A DNA stretch of 64,000 bases from Octopus sinensis (taxonomy: Eukaryota). The notes beneath the pieces were generated by a model, which was not told where the DNA came from, ran no database searches, and worked only from the letters and a program-made list of their open reading frames with translations. The translations under genes and the position numbers were made by a program. Shown here one piece after another: positions 51,622-64,000 of the stretch (position 1 is the first letter of the stretch; each line of letters begins with the position of its first letter). The DNA lies in assembly GCF_006345805.1 (NCBI RefSeq), contig NC_043021.1, forward strand, positions 9,610,001 through 9,674,000. Reading direction: 5' to 3'.

Positions 51622-51725
51622 CTTTATTTAAAGCAGCAGAAAATTCAACAAAACCTGTCTGAAAAACGGGAACGTGAAACTCAGAGTAACAGGTTTTGTT
51701 GAATTTTCTGCTGCTTTAAATAAAG
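51622..51725 (+). ncRNA. Minimal type-I hammerhead motif (G8A) closed by a 37-bp perfect stem I
   Basis: 37-bp perfect inverted repeat (51622-58 / 51689-725) enclosing CTGAAAA-acg ggaa cgt-GAAAC-TCAGA-GTA. Confidence 0.6.
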
Positions 51726-52811
51726 CATATTACTCTACCACTGGTATTTGAGTACTCTTTTTTCCACCTTGTTTCACATTTATGTGTTTACTCCAGTATA
51801 CTTATATATATATATATGAGAGAAATGATGCAAATAAACTGATAAAACTCCTTGGGTTTGATATACAGAATATACATATATATATTTTGTATGTCAAATC
51901 CATGGAGTTTTATTTTTTTATTTGAATTAATGTCTCCATTGGATTTTCCTTATAGCCACTCTTTACCTAGCTGACTTGGTCCTCAGTAAAGATTTCGGTG
52001 TGTAAGTTCAAATCTTTTGAGCGCTATTGAGTATTTCTGTATTGATATTCTCTCAATCTCATCCGTTAACTTTCTCTCTTTTTACTTTTATATATATATA
52101 TATGCGTGTGTAATTTGTATGTGTATATATACATATATATATATATGTGTGTGCATATGTATACACACACATATGTATGTTTTATTTTATGATATACTTT
52201 CAAAATTGCTTTTCGCATTATTTCATATAATTTCCCCTTTTTTTTCTTTACATACTGTTGATAATTGCATGTGACCACCACCACCACAATCCTTTTATTT
52301 ATTTTTTCTCCTTTCTCTTTAACAGGATCATTTTGCTTTATCAATTATACTCTCTAAATTGCATGGCTTCCCCCCACCTTCCCATTCTTAATGTTTTTTT
52401 TTTCTTTCTTTTTTTTATTCTTCTCACTTTGGCAAATAAATTTTCAGAATTATGGGGGGGGGGGGGCAGACAAGAAATCTGACATGAAAAACAAAAAAAA
52501 ACTGTGTAATTGAAAATGAGGAAAGAAAGGGAGTTCGTTTGTTATTGTTGTTGTTTTTGCTGTTGTTGTTGTTAATATTATTGTTGTTGTTGTTGTCAGA
52601 AGTAAGATTCTAATAAATTAGTTTCCTCTCGACTATGGAGAAGACGTAAATAAGCATCAGCTGGATCTGAGTGGATAAAGCAAAAAAAATAAATTTAGTG
52701 ATGACCTTCGTGCCTTAACTGATGAAAATGTCAACTGAAAGAAAATTGGAACATTATTGCATTTAATTATTATTTGTAATTATTTATTATAATTATTATT
52801 ATTTATTAATA

Positions 52812-53040
52812 GGCAGTGAGCTGGCAGAAACATTAGCACACCAGGCAAAATGCTTAGCGTTATTTCGTCTGTCTTCGCGTTCTGAGTTCAAATTCCGCTG
52901 AGGTCAACTTTGCCTTTCATCCTTTTGGGGGGGCAGGGTCGATAAAATAAGTACCAGTTGGAAACTGATGTCAATGTAATCAACTGACCCCTCTCCTCCC
53001 CCCACTCCTGACCTTGCTGGTCTTCTGCCAAAATATGAAA
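52812..53040 (+). mobile_element. SINE B-related
   Basis: Similarity to the 10696 copy. Confidence 0.8.
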
Positions 53041-53508
53041 TCATCATCATCATTATTATTATTAATAAGGTGGCAAACTGGCAGAATAGTTAGCACATTG
53101 GACAAAGTGCTTAGCAGCATTTCTTCTGGCTGTATGTTCTGAGGTCAGATTCCACTGAGGTCAAATTTAAATCCCTTTAAAACAGGAAGTTTGTTCCATC
53201 GTACCAGAAGCGGTAGTTTCAGGTGGGTTAGTATCAAAAGGGTTAAATTAGTTATGTTTTAATAAGCAACATACAGCCATTCAAAACATCTGGTTGCAAT
53301 TGGTTTCTTTAATGACAAATGTTGCAAGCTAATTAATTCCAAATTAGCTAATTGCATTCCGTTAATTCCATTGTGATAGATATAAATGATTAGTTAATTG
53401 CATTATAATTAGTCATAATCAAATGATATACACTGCTTCTGTACCTCATTTAAATGTTTCCAAGCCAAGGACTCTCATTCAATCAGGCCATATGTATGTT
53501 TATTTTAG

Positions 53509-53545
<37 letters not shown>

Positions 53546-53548
<3 letters not shown>

Positions 53549-54855
53549 GTGCCTGAGGTATTCTGCTGGGCAAGAATCTTTGAATCACAACAGAGTGAGG
53601 CAACATCTTTATACAAATGTACTCTAAAACATGATTTGAGTACTTTTTTTATTTGTTAAGCCAAAAATGTTAGTATCTACATTGTTTGGCCAGTAGAGTT
53701 TGAGAACCATCTGGTCATCTTGGATGAAGAATGATTGATGACTTACAAGTTGACTATGTTTAAGCGAAAAAGGGTCGCACACACCGTCAGCTGTCACCCT
53801 CACTCTCTCATTCATGACCATCTTCAATTCCAGTGGCAAGACCAGGTCAGGACAAGTGGGGATAGAGACAGATGCAGCGAACATCTTATTTGCCTCATGT
53901 TACTCCCTGCACTTCTCTTTATGTTCTGAGTTTGAATCCTGCCAAGTTTAATTTTTGCCTTTCACCCCTCCCTGGATCAGTAAAGTAGATTTTTCAAAGT
54001 TTTTTTTTTTTCTTGATTGCTTTTATGTTTCAATTCGAAGAAATAAAAGTAAAGGCCGCTTTCTTCTATCATAGTTCAACAATTTCTCATGGCACCAGCT
54101 GACAAAATGGAAAAAGTGTTGACCTGGAGGATAATGAGGGAGATGAGCTGGAACAGCCACTCTGACTCACTTGGTCACCCACTGCATCTGGAGACAGAAG
54201 CAGCAGATGAGCAGGATGTCTTGCCTGCTTCACCTTGCTTTCTGCTCTCCACAATGTGTTGCTGCAGCTGCCTTCCTCTCCCTTCAACCATGAAGGTTTC
54301 TCCTGCAGAGTCTGTCAGAAGACTCTATCTATATGTGTGTGTGTGTGTGTGTGTATGTATATATGTATCTACCATAGATTTATTGAATAAAAACAAGTCC
54401 CTGTTAGTTTCCTTTATAAGCTTTTTTTTTTTTTTTTTGCAGCGTGGAAGGTGTTTATAAGCCATTTAAGAAACACACAAAATTCGTTATAGATTCACTT
54501 CAAAATTTAAATTTAATTTGTCAAAATATTTTCGTCGCTTTGAGACTGCGACCTAAATTGAAATTTAGCTCTTTTGACTCTGGGATAAAATGATTTTATA
54601 TTTAATTGTATTAACCAAAAAACACAGATGGAACCACCATTATTGCTTTGCCTCTCACTATGGTTTTACTTATATTTAGTATAAATTGTTATGTTTATTA
54701 GTTTGTTCAATTATCTTTGAATACTGTGTTGTTAAGAAAATTTAACTGTGTGCCTAATTAGATCCGACAATCTGTTATATGCTTGTTAATTAATCTCAAC
54801 AGTTGAAATAAGCTTCTATTAATCTTTATAACTAGTTTATGTGTGTGTGTGTGTG

Positions 54856-54889
<34 letters not shown>

Positions 54890-56198
54890 TATATATATAA
54901 TGTGCCTGAGGTATTCTGCTGGGCAAGAATCTTTGAATCACAACAGAGTGAGGCAACATCTTTATACAAATGTACTCTAAAACATGATTTGAGTACTTTT
55001 TTTATTTGTTAAGCCAAAAATGTTTGTATCTACATTGTTTGGCCAGTAGAGTTTGAGAACCATCTGGTCATCTTGGATGAAGAATGATTGATGACTTACA
55101 AGTTGACTATGTTTAAGCGAAAAAGGGTCGCACACACCGTCAGCTGTCACCCTCACTCTCTCATTCATGACCATCTTCAATTCCAGTGGCAAGACCAGGT
55201 CAGGACAAGTGGGGATAGAGACAGATGCAGCGAACATCTTATTTGCCTCATGTTACTCCCTGCACTTCTCTTTATGTTCTGAGTTTGAATCCTGCCAAGT
55301 TTAATTTTTGCCTTTCACCCCTCCCTGGATCAGTAAAGTAGATTTTTCAAAGTTTTTTTTTTTCTTGATTGCTTTTTTGTTTCAATTCGAAGAAATAAAA
55401 GTAAAGGCCGCTTTCTTCTATCATAGTTCAACAATTTCTCATGGCACCAGCTGACAAAATGGAAAAGGTGTTGACCTGGAGGATAATGAGGGAGATGAGC
55501 TGGAACAGCCACTCTGACTCACTTGGTCACCCACTGCATCTGGAGACAGAAGCAGCAGATGAGCAGGATGTCTTGCCTGCTTCACCTTGCTTTCTGCTCT
55601 CCACAATGTGTTGCTGCAGCTGCCTTCCTCTCCCTTCAACCATGAAGGTTTCTCCTGCAGAGTCTGTCAGAAGACTCTATCTATATGTGTGTGTGTGTGT
55701 GTGTGTGTATGTATATATGTATCTACCATAGATTTATTGAATAAAAACAAGTCCCTGTTAGTTTCCTTTATAAGCTTTTTTTTTTTTTTTTTGCAGCGTG
55801 GAAGGTGTTTATAAGCCATTTAAGAAACACAAAATTCGTTATAGATTCACTTCAAAATTTAATTTGTCAAAATATTTTCGTCGCTTTGAGACTGCGACCT
55901 AAATTGAAATTTAGCTCTTTTGACTCTGGGATAAAATGATTTTATATTTAATTGTATTAACCAAAAAACACAGATGGAACCACCATTATTGCTTTGCCTC
56001 TCACTATGGTTTTACTTATATTTAGTATAAATTGTTATGTTTATTAGTTTGTTCAATTATCTTTGAATACTGTGTTGTTAAGAAAATTTAACTGTGTGCC
56101 TAATTAGATCCGACAATCTGTTATATGCTTGTTAATTAATCTCAACAGTTGAAATAAGCTTCTATTAATCTTTATAACTAGTTTATGTGTGTGTGTGT

Positions 56199-56235
<37 letters not shown>
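53546..56235. repeat. Tandem duplication, unit about 1353 bp, bounded by (TA)n
   Basis: Copies start at 53546 and 54899; 3 substitutions and a few slippage indels seen. Confidence 0.92.
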
Positions 56236-56238
<3 letters not shown>

Positions 56239-57000
56239 CTTTATATGTATGTATGGATTGATATATATGTTTTTGTATGTATCAGTGTTTATATGTACGT
56301 TTGTATATATACATGTATACATGTGTATATATATATAATTTGTTTAGAAGAAAAAGAAAAAAATGGCTTTCGTTTAAATAAATATTTAAATTTCATACAG
56401 CAGATAAAAATTTACTAATGCACCTTCAGAGATTTATTATGTATATATTTAGTCCATAAGACCAATTTTTAGAAACTAGTATATATGCATATAACAGCAA
56501 GATGATTTAGTTTAAGCTTCCAGTGTCAGCTTGGATGGGTCTATCCCTTGCATATGAGATGTATTTTAATAAATAGATGGATACTCCTTTAGTTTGCATT
56601 GCTACAAATAGTTTCACTTTCCCAAGGCTCTTCAGGTTATTTCTTATACTTCCATTTATTTGTTGACTGTTAAAATCACAATGGCTATAAATCTGTTTAA
56701 TCCGTTTCTTATTCTATTTTGAATGATGTCTTGTGTTCATTGGTTGTTATATTTGAATTATTTCTGTATCTATATTCTCGTTCCTGCATATATTCAGATG
56801 TCTGTCTGTTTTGTGTCAGTATAGGTGTAAGCATGTCTGTGTGATAAGAGGCTTGCTTCCGAACCACATGGTTCCGGGTTCAGTCCCACTGTGTGGCACC
56901 TTGGACAAGTGTCTTCTTTCTACTATAGCTTCAGGCCAACCAAAGCCTTGTATGGATTTGGTAGACAGATACTGAAAGAAGCCCATCGTATATATGTATA

Positions 57001-57035
<35 letters not shown>

Positions 57036-57135
57036 GTATCTATGTATGTGTGTGTGTCCCTCACCACTGCTTGACAATGTGGATTTGGTAGATGGAAACT
57101 GAAAGAAGCCCATCATATGTGTATGTATATATATA

Positions 57136-57178
<43 letters not shown>

Positions 57179-58057
57179 CTTTATATGTATGTATGGATTG
57201 ATATATATGTTTTTGTATGTATCAGTGTTTATATGTACGTTTGTATATATACATGTATACATGTGTATATATATATAATTTGTTTAGAAGAAAAAGAAAA
57301 AAATGGCTTTCGTTTAAATAAATATTTAAATTTCATACAGCAGATAAAAATTTACTAATGCACCTTCAGAGATTTATTATGTATATATTTAGTCCATAAG
57401 ACCAATTTTTAGAAACTAGTATATATGCATATAACAGCAAGATGATTTAGTTTAAGCTTCCAGTGTCAGCTTGGATGGGTCTATCCCTTGCATATGAGAT
57501 GTATTTTAATAAATAGATGGATACTCCTTTAGTTTGCATTGCTACAAATAGTTTCACTTTCCCAAGGCTCTTCAGGTTATTTCTTATACTTCCATTTATT
57601 TGTTGACTGTTAAAATCACAATGGCTATAAATCTGTTTAATCCGTTTCTTATTCTATTTTGAATGATGTCTTGTGTTCATTGGTTGTTATATTTGAATTA
57701 TTTCTGTATCTATATTCTCGTTCCTGCATATATTCAGATGTCTGTCTGTTTTGTGTCAGTATAGGTGTAAGCATGTCTGTGTGATAAGAGGCTTGCTTCC
57801 GAACCACATGGTTCCGGGTTCAGTCCCACTGTGTGGCACCTTGGACAAGTGTCTTCTTTCTACTATAGCTTCAGGCCAACCAAAGCCTTGTATGGATTTG
57901 GTAGACAGATACTGAAAGAAGCCCATCGTATATATGTATATGTGTGTGTGTGTGTATATATATATATGTATCTATGTATGTGTGTGTGTCCCTCACCACT
58001 GCTTGACAATGTGGATTTGGTAGATGGAAACTGAAAGAAGCCCATCATATGTGTATG

Positions 58058-58090
<33 letters not shown>
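56236..58090. repeat. Tandem duplication, unit about 940 bp, bounded by (TA)n; includes a SINE A part
   Basis: Copies start at 56236 and 57176; differences seen only in microsatellite length. Confidence 0.92.
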
Positions 58091-58103
<13 letters not shown>

Positions 58104-59052
58104 TTGTCCCTCACCACTGCTTGATAATTGGTGTTGATGTGTTTACATCCCTCTAACTCAGCAGTTCGGCAAAAGAGTCTAATGGAGTAAGTACCTGGCT
58201 TAACAAAAAAAATAAGTCCTGGGGGGTCAATTCATTTGACTGAAAGTTCTTCAATATGGTGCCGCAGTTTGAAGCTAGTAAAAGATATTTATATGAACTA
58301 GTGTGTGTGTGCATGCATCTATGTTATATTTATATGGATATAAATGTATTTGGTTTACTGCAATTTGGATGTATGCAATTATTGTATCAGGACAATTACC
58401 CCCCTTGGTTAATTAATCTCTCTCCAATATATTAAGTTTTAAACCCTCATCTGTTGTTCCTCAGGGGTTATTGTCCATGAGGTGAGGGGAGTAAATGTCC
58501 TAGACTTGCACGTATATCTACGTCAACTGTAGCCGCAAACTGCCAGTTGTTGAAGACCTCTGTGAACGAAGGGAGGTCACTCTAATTTCGTTACACATCT
58601 GTCCTGAAGTTCTTATTGAAGAGAGAAGATTAATTAAGACTAAAATCTGTGAAAGAAATCTATTTTCCAGAGGTCGGGTTTCTATTGTTATATCTATAAT
58701 GTTTATCAGTAAATACTTATTGATTTAGCAATGGAATGGGGTCCCTGCTTACTGTTATTAAATCAATTAGACATAGAATAACTATTTTAACTGTTTTACT
58801 GCAGAAAGCAATTTTATATACCAATCTATCTTTTCCTGAGGAATGTCATGTTTGAAACTATTTTATTGTTGAGGTATGTCATGTTTATTGAGACAATGTG
58901 ACTTGTAGAAAATACTTTTCTTTTTTTTCTGGTAAATATTTTGTCATAGTTTCTGGAATAATCATGAAATTTAATTTCGCAATAAAAGAGTTAAAAGAAT
59001 ATAGAATAATTAAAAATTAACATGTAAATAAAAGTAAAAAGGAAAATAAATA

Positions 59053-59440
59053 TAGGCGTAGGAGTGGCTGTGTGGTAAGTAGCTTGCTTACTAACCACAT
59101 GGTTCCGGGTTCAGTCCCACTGCGTGGTACCTTGGGCAAGTGTCTTCTACTATAGCCTCGGGCCAACCAAAGCCTTGTGAGTGGATTTGGTAGACGGAAA
59201 CTGAAAGAAGCCCGTCATATGTATATATATATGTGTCTGTGTTTGTCCCCCCCAACATCGCTTGACAACCGATGCTGGTGTGTTTACATCCCCATAACTT
59301 AGCAGTTTGGAAAAAGAGACCAATAGAATAAGTACTAGGCTTGCAAAGAATAAGTCCTGGGGTCGATTTGCTCGATATGATGCAATAAAGGCGGTGCTCC
59401 AGCATGGCCACAGTCAAATGACTGAAGCAAGTAAAAGAGT
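59053..59440 (+). mobile_element. SINE A, full length
   Basis: Similarity to the 6893 copy. Confidence 0.9.
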
Positions 59441-60239
59441 AGTGTTGGGAAATTGTGTTACTCCTCCTAGAATGTCATTCACGAAGGAATATCCACTTGT
59501 TAATTGAAATATAATATTTTAGATAGACACTTGTATTTTTTTTTTTGTACTAACTACTCTATTTTTCTTGTTGCTTATACTGCTTTAATTCCCAGTTTGA
59601 ACAGGTATAAATACAGATATAAATATATTAGATGTATATAAAATGTAAATGAATAACTGTTTCTTTTTCTTTTTTTTTTTATTTTGAATCTTGTGATAAA
59701 CTGCTTGGTAAATACTCAGGCTGCATTTCTGTTTTTACATGTATATGTGTATATATGTATGTATGTGTGCATGTATATGTATATATATATATATATATAA
59801 TATTGTTTGTACAGTTAGATGTACAACTGCTGCTAGTGAGTTAAGAGCTCCATTGTAGAGCATTGTCGTCCACTCTACAAGTACAGTGGTGTGGTCAATA
59901 CTGTACTTAAGTAGTACTGCTGGTTAGAATATACACACCAAAATGTAAGAGAAATTATAGTAAACACAAGTCTGTATCATTCGTTCCCTACGTGTGTTTC
60001 GTGTTTCACTATTGTTGTTTATACCCATCCTTTACATTGGATGTTCAAAACTGCAATAGGATGCTGAGCCACAAGAAACTCTTCGTTGCATCATATTACA
60101 ATGAGGCATTTTATCTGAGTAACATAATGCAATAGAATGTTCTGCTGATGATCCGTTGCCGTTCAGTATCCAATCGCTCTTTGAACATCCAATGCGGAGG
60201 TTGCAAATAACGATAATGGGGAAATATGTATAAAAACGT

Positions 60240-60442
60240 GAAGGCGGCGAGCTGGCAGAATCGTTAGCACGCCGGGCGAAATGCTTAGCGGTATTTCGTC
60301 TGTTGCTACGTTCTGAGTTCAAATTCCGTCGAGGTCGACTTTACCTTTCATCCTTTTGGGGTCGATATAATTGACTTAATCCCTTTGTCTGTCCTTGTTT
60401 GTCCCCTCTGTGTATAGCCCCTTGTGGGCAGTAAAGAAATTA
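60240..60442 (+). mobile_element. SINE B
   Basis: Similarity to the 10696 copy. Confidence 0.85.
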
Positions 60443-60995
60443 ATATATATAAAAACAAATAATACAAACTTGTGTTAATCATTTCTCATATATATATATA
60501 TAAATTTATGTATATAAATATATATATATAATATGTGTGTGTATGTGTGCACACATACACAATTATATCCCATGTATTTGTTGAAGTTTTCATTTGAAAA
60601 GAGAGTTTTACAACTGAATAAACCTCTGAACTCTAATAATAATAATGATAATATAATCTGTACATAGTAGGAAACATGTATCATGTATCATATTGTTTAT
60701 ACTATTTGTTTGTTTTCTTGTTTTGTTGGAGTTTTTTTTTATGTAATAGCATAATATTGTGTTGTAATAAAGTAGACTGCTATTGATTTGTATTGTCTGT
60801 TGTTTTGTTCTGGAAAAGACATTGTTTAATAAGTGTAGGCATAGAAGACGGCGAGCTGGCAGAAATGTTACTAATCATTGCTTTGAATGCACACCGATTA
60901 CTGTAATCGGTGTGCATATCAGGCCAAAATACTCTGCATCTTTTATATTCAAACTGGTCAGATCCAGCATTTTACACCTAGAGTAATCGGTGTGC

Positions 60996-61043
60996 ATTCA
61001 AAGCAATGATTAGTAATTTTACGAAACCGGTATGCTTTTGAAT
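60996..61043 (+). ncRNA. Minimal type-I hammerhead ribozyme motif with A3-U8 core variant
   Basis: attcaaagca-ATGATTA-gtaa tt ttac-GAAAC-CG-GTA-tgcttttgaat: stem I of about 10 bp with one bulge, stem II of 4 bp closed by G-C, palindromic stem III (ACCGGT), GUA cleavage triplet. Confidence 0.65.
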
Positions 61044-61186
61044 CTCTTTAACAATTCACACTAATGACTTTTATTCCTACCTTAGTTCATCTAATTGTAT
61101 ATATCTATCGTTACTTTTCATAAAAAGCCTTTACTTTTTTGATTTCAAATGTGCATTTTCACTTACTTTCCCCCTATATATATATC

Positions 61187-61440
61187 ATCATCATCATCAT
61201 CATCATTTAGCGTCCGCTTTCCATGCTAGCATGGGTTGGACGGGTCAACTGGGGTCTGTGAAGCTGGAAGGCTTCGTCAGGCCCAGTCAGATCTGGCAGT
61301 GTTTCTACAGCTGGATGCCCTTCCTAACGCCAACCACTCCACGAGTGTAGTGGGTGTTTTTTACGTGCCACCTGCACAGGTGCCAGACAGAGCTGGCGAA
61401 CGGCCACGAACGGATGGTGCTTTTACGTGTCACCGGCACG
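61187..61440 (-). mobile_element. Retroposon family C
   Basis: Similarity to the 12085 copy. Confidence 0.85.
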
Positions 61441-61612
61441 ATATATATATAAACAACTTATAAATAAGGGCAAATGAAAAAATTTCTAATGCCAAATATG
61501 CTGAAATTTGACAAATTGTCCATAACCATATAATTAATAATATATAAATATATACACAACCACCTCTGGTTCTGTGATACAAAGCATCACATTTTAAAAT
61601 GTTCATATTTAA

Positions 61613-61830
61613 TCTTTAGCATTAAAACCAGCGATATCAGGCCAAAATACTCTGCATCTTTTATATTCAAACTGGCCAGATCCAGCATTTTACACCCACT
61701 CTACAATGTCATTCTAAAAATAAACATTCACAGCATTGAAATTTTGAAGCCACAAGACAATGCTTGGTTAATTCAAGACAATGTGAAAAATAAGCATTGT
61801 GTTTGATGAAGTAATCTGAATGTTAAAGGA
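61613..61830. mobile_element. Decayed piggyBac-like MITE
   Basis: TTAA flanks; (c)ctttagcatt ... aatgttaaagga ends; related partial copies near 11960, 15160 and 36735. Confidence 0.4.
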
Positions 61831-62524
61831 TTAAGTTTTATGTTACAATATTTCGATTGAAATACACTGACTTGATTTCACTTAATTTTGGAAATAATGG
61901 AGGATTTAGTAAAATAATGGGGCAAAATGAATGTTAAAAAAAAAAAATGGAAATGAATTCAGTACAAATCACAGAGAATTTGAATAACACATTTATTCAG
62001 AGCTGGAATTCTTAAAGCATCTCTCCACAATCTTGGAGAATTTAGCTTAATTAACAGAAGGAAAATTCTTCACATTTAAAGAGAAATGCAATTTTTTCCT
62101 TCTAAAGTGGAACAGAAGATTTTACTCATCAGTTTAAAAAAAAAAAAAATTTCAATTTGGTTGGAAAGTCTGAATTTCTTTCAGTTCATTATAAAATAAG
62201 ATTAAAAAAAAAAATATTTGCTTAATTACCAAATATTGAATATTTGGTAATTAATTATGTATTCGCTGTTATGATCCAATAACAACCATTCTTTAATGGT
62301 TCCATAGCAGGAAACAGACTATGTCAAGCAATTCTCACCAATACGCCATGTTCTTCAGTAAGCTGTTCTCCTCAAAGACAGGCAATCCAACAGGTGGTGC
62401 TGGTAGCCGCTGTGCTAAGACCAAAAGAGTATGTTTGCTGCCATAGCAATACAACACACAGCTATGTATGGACTTTTCCTTTCACCTACAATAACAAGAA
62501 CAACAACAATAATTATAATAATAA

Positions 62525-62745
62525 TAAACCTTTCTATTATAGGCACAAGGCATGAAATTTCGGTGGGGTTGGGTGGCTAGTCGATTGCAATTAACCCCAG
62601 TGCTTGACTGGTACTTATTCTATCGACCCCGAAAGGATGAAAGATAAAGTCAACCTTGGCAGAATTTGAACTCAGAACTTAGCAACGGCCAAAATACTGC
62701 TAAGCATTTCATCCAGCACGCTAACAATTCTGCCAGCTCACTGCC

Positions 62746-62750
<5 letters not shown>
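62525..62750 (-). mobile_element. SINE B-related
   Basis: Similarity to the 10696 copy. Confidence 0.8.
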
Positions 62751-62781
<31 letters not shown>

Positions 62782-63611
62782 TCTAACCACAAGGCCTGAA
62801 ATTTCAGGGGAGGGTGGGGGAGGGTACTCGATTGCATCGACCCCAGTATTCAACTGGTATTTATCTTATCAACCCCAAAAGGATGAAAGGTAAAGCCAAC
62901 CTCAGCAGAATTTGAACTCATCATCATCATCATCATCATTTAGCATGGGTTGGACGAGTTGACTGAGAACTGGCGAACTAGATAGCTGCACCAGGCTCCA
63001 ATCTGATCTGGCAGAGTTTCTACAGCTGGATGCCCTTCCTAACGCCAACCACTCCGAGAGTGTAGTGGGTGCTTTTTACGTGCCATCGACTTATCCCTAC
63101 CCCAAACTTGCGGGCCATATGCCAAACTTTAAACCAATATATCAAAGTGGTGAGCTGACAGAATCATTAGCATGCTGGGGAAAATACTTAGTGGCTTTTC
63201 ACCCATCTTTCCGAGTTCAAATTCGAGATCAATAAAATAAGAACCAGTTGAGCATTAGAGCTGATCTTATTTACTTATCCCTTCCCCTAAACTTGCTGGC
63301 CTTGTGCCAAAATTCGAAATCAATACTACTACAACATAAATTGATCAATTACTAAGAATTTATAAATTTCAAGAGAACATGAAATAATTTTTTTTTTGGA
63401 ACAGTGGATCTCCAAGCAGATGATAAAGCTATAAATTACAGTATGTAAATGTTAAGTTAAAAAACCCTTTGGTTAGAAAAGATTGAAGGCTGCCTATTGG
63501 ATTAGAACTTACGTCTGTAAAGATGACAGGGGCTCTACCATCGGACCAAAGCAATCCTTTGAATTTCTCTGTTCATTTTAGAGTTTTATACTTACCAATA
63601 AAATTTTTTAA

Positions 63612-63870
63612 ATGGTGGTTCTGAAGAAAGAACATGGATGTCCTCAAAGGTTCATCAACTCGGTCAGATCCCTACATGAAGGAAAGCAGGCACTTGTAGC
63701 ACAAAATAACAATGCCTCAAGCAAGTTTGTGGTGACAAATGGAGTTAAACAAGGTGGGATGCTTGCTTCAGCACTGTTCTCTCTCTACCTTGCAGCAGTG
63801 TCGGAATTTGCTTTGAGGGAGTTGTAGAGGGGATCTACATCCAGACACAGCATGATGCTGATCTGTACAA
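63612..63870 (+). mobile_element. RTE/BovB-like LINE RT fragment
   Basis: GCPQRFINSVRSLHEG...FVVTNGVKQGGMLASALFSLYL...GIYIQ matches the RTE GVKQGC.LAP.LF block. Confidence 0.7.
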
Positions 63871-64000
63871 TGCAGTACAGTATTCTTACCAATGACAGAA
63901 CTCCTGTCATCTTTACAGGAGATGTGGGTTCAAAGCCCATGAGGATCCTTTGATTTTTTCTGTCCAAAGGGCTGTTTTTAAACCCACTATTTACACCCTT

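Noticed and set aside
53624-54460. ORFs in the 1.35-kb duplicated unit
   Set aside because: No recognisable protein family or consistent splice structure; possibly decayed TE
54517-54553. Half-hammerhead (gtcgc/gcgac stem, GAAA, palindromic atat) on the minus strand
   Set aside because: The CUGANGA-type core and stem I partner are absent here
60670-60685. GAAACATGTA motif
   Set aside because: No upstream core or stem I

Overview
AT-rich, repeat-saturated animal genomic DNA; the SINE and microsatellite landscape looks like an octopod cephalopod (inference). One protein-coding gene is well supported: a LIX1/LIX1L (Drosophila lowfat) family gene on the + strand with four coding exons (37105-37366, 38563-38726, 39620-39760, 43976-44389; 981 nt, 326 aa). 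All introns are GT-AG and in phase, and an upstream non-coding exon is implied but not located. The rest is about 50 copies of several tRNA-headed SINE families, decayed LINE fragments (RTE, R2-superfamily, other), three Tc1/mariner remnants, MITEs (a GG-terminal, 8-bp-TSD Merlin-type family in 4 copies, plus Tigger-like, hAT-Charlie-like and piggyBac-like ones), foldbacks, mini- and microsatellites, and two (TA)n-bounded tandem duplications that may be assembly artefacts. The most interesting signals read directly from the sequence are four dispersed minimal type-I hammerhead-ribozyme motifs of the Penelope-like-element kind (one with an apparently compensatory A3-U8 core), two locally templated insertions with microhomology junctions, and dsRNA-forming structures in and around the LIX1L transcript. 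No CRISPR, rRNA or true tRNA genes were found. Repeat boundaries are approximate unless TSDs or TIRs are quoted.
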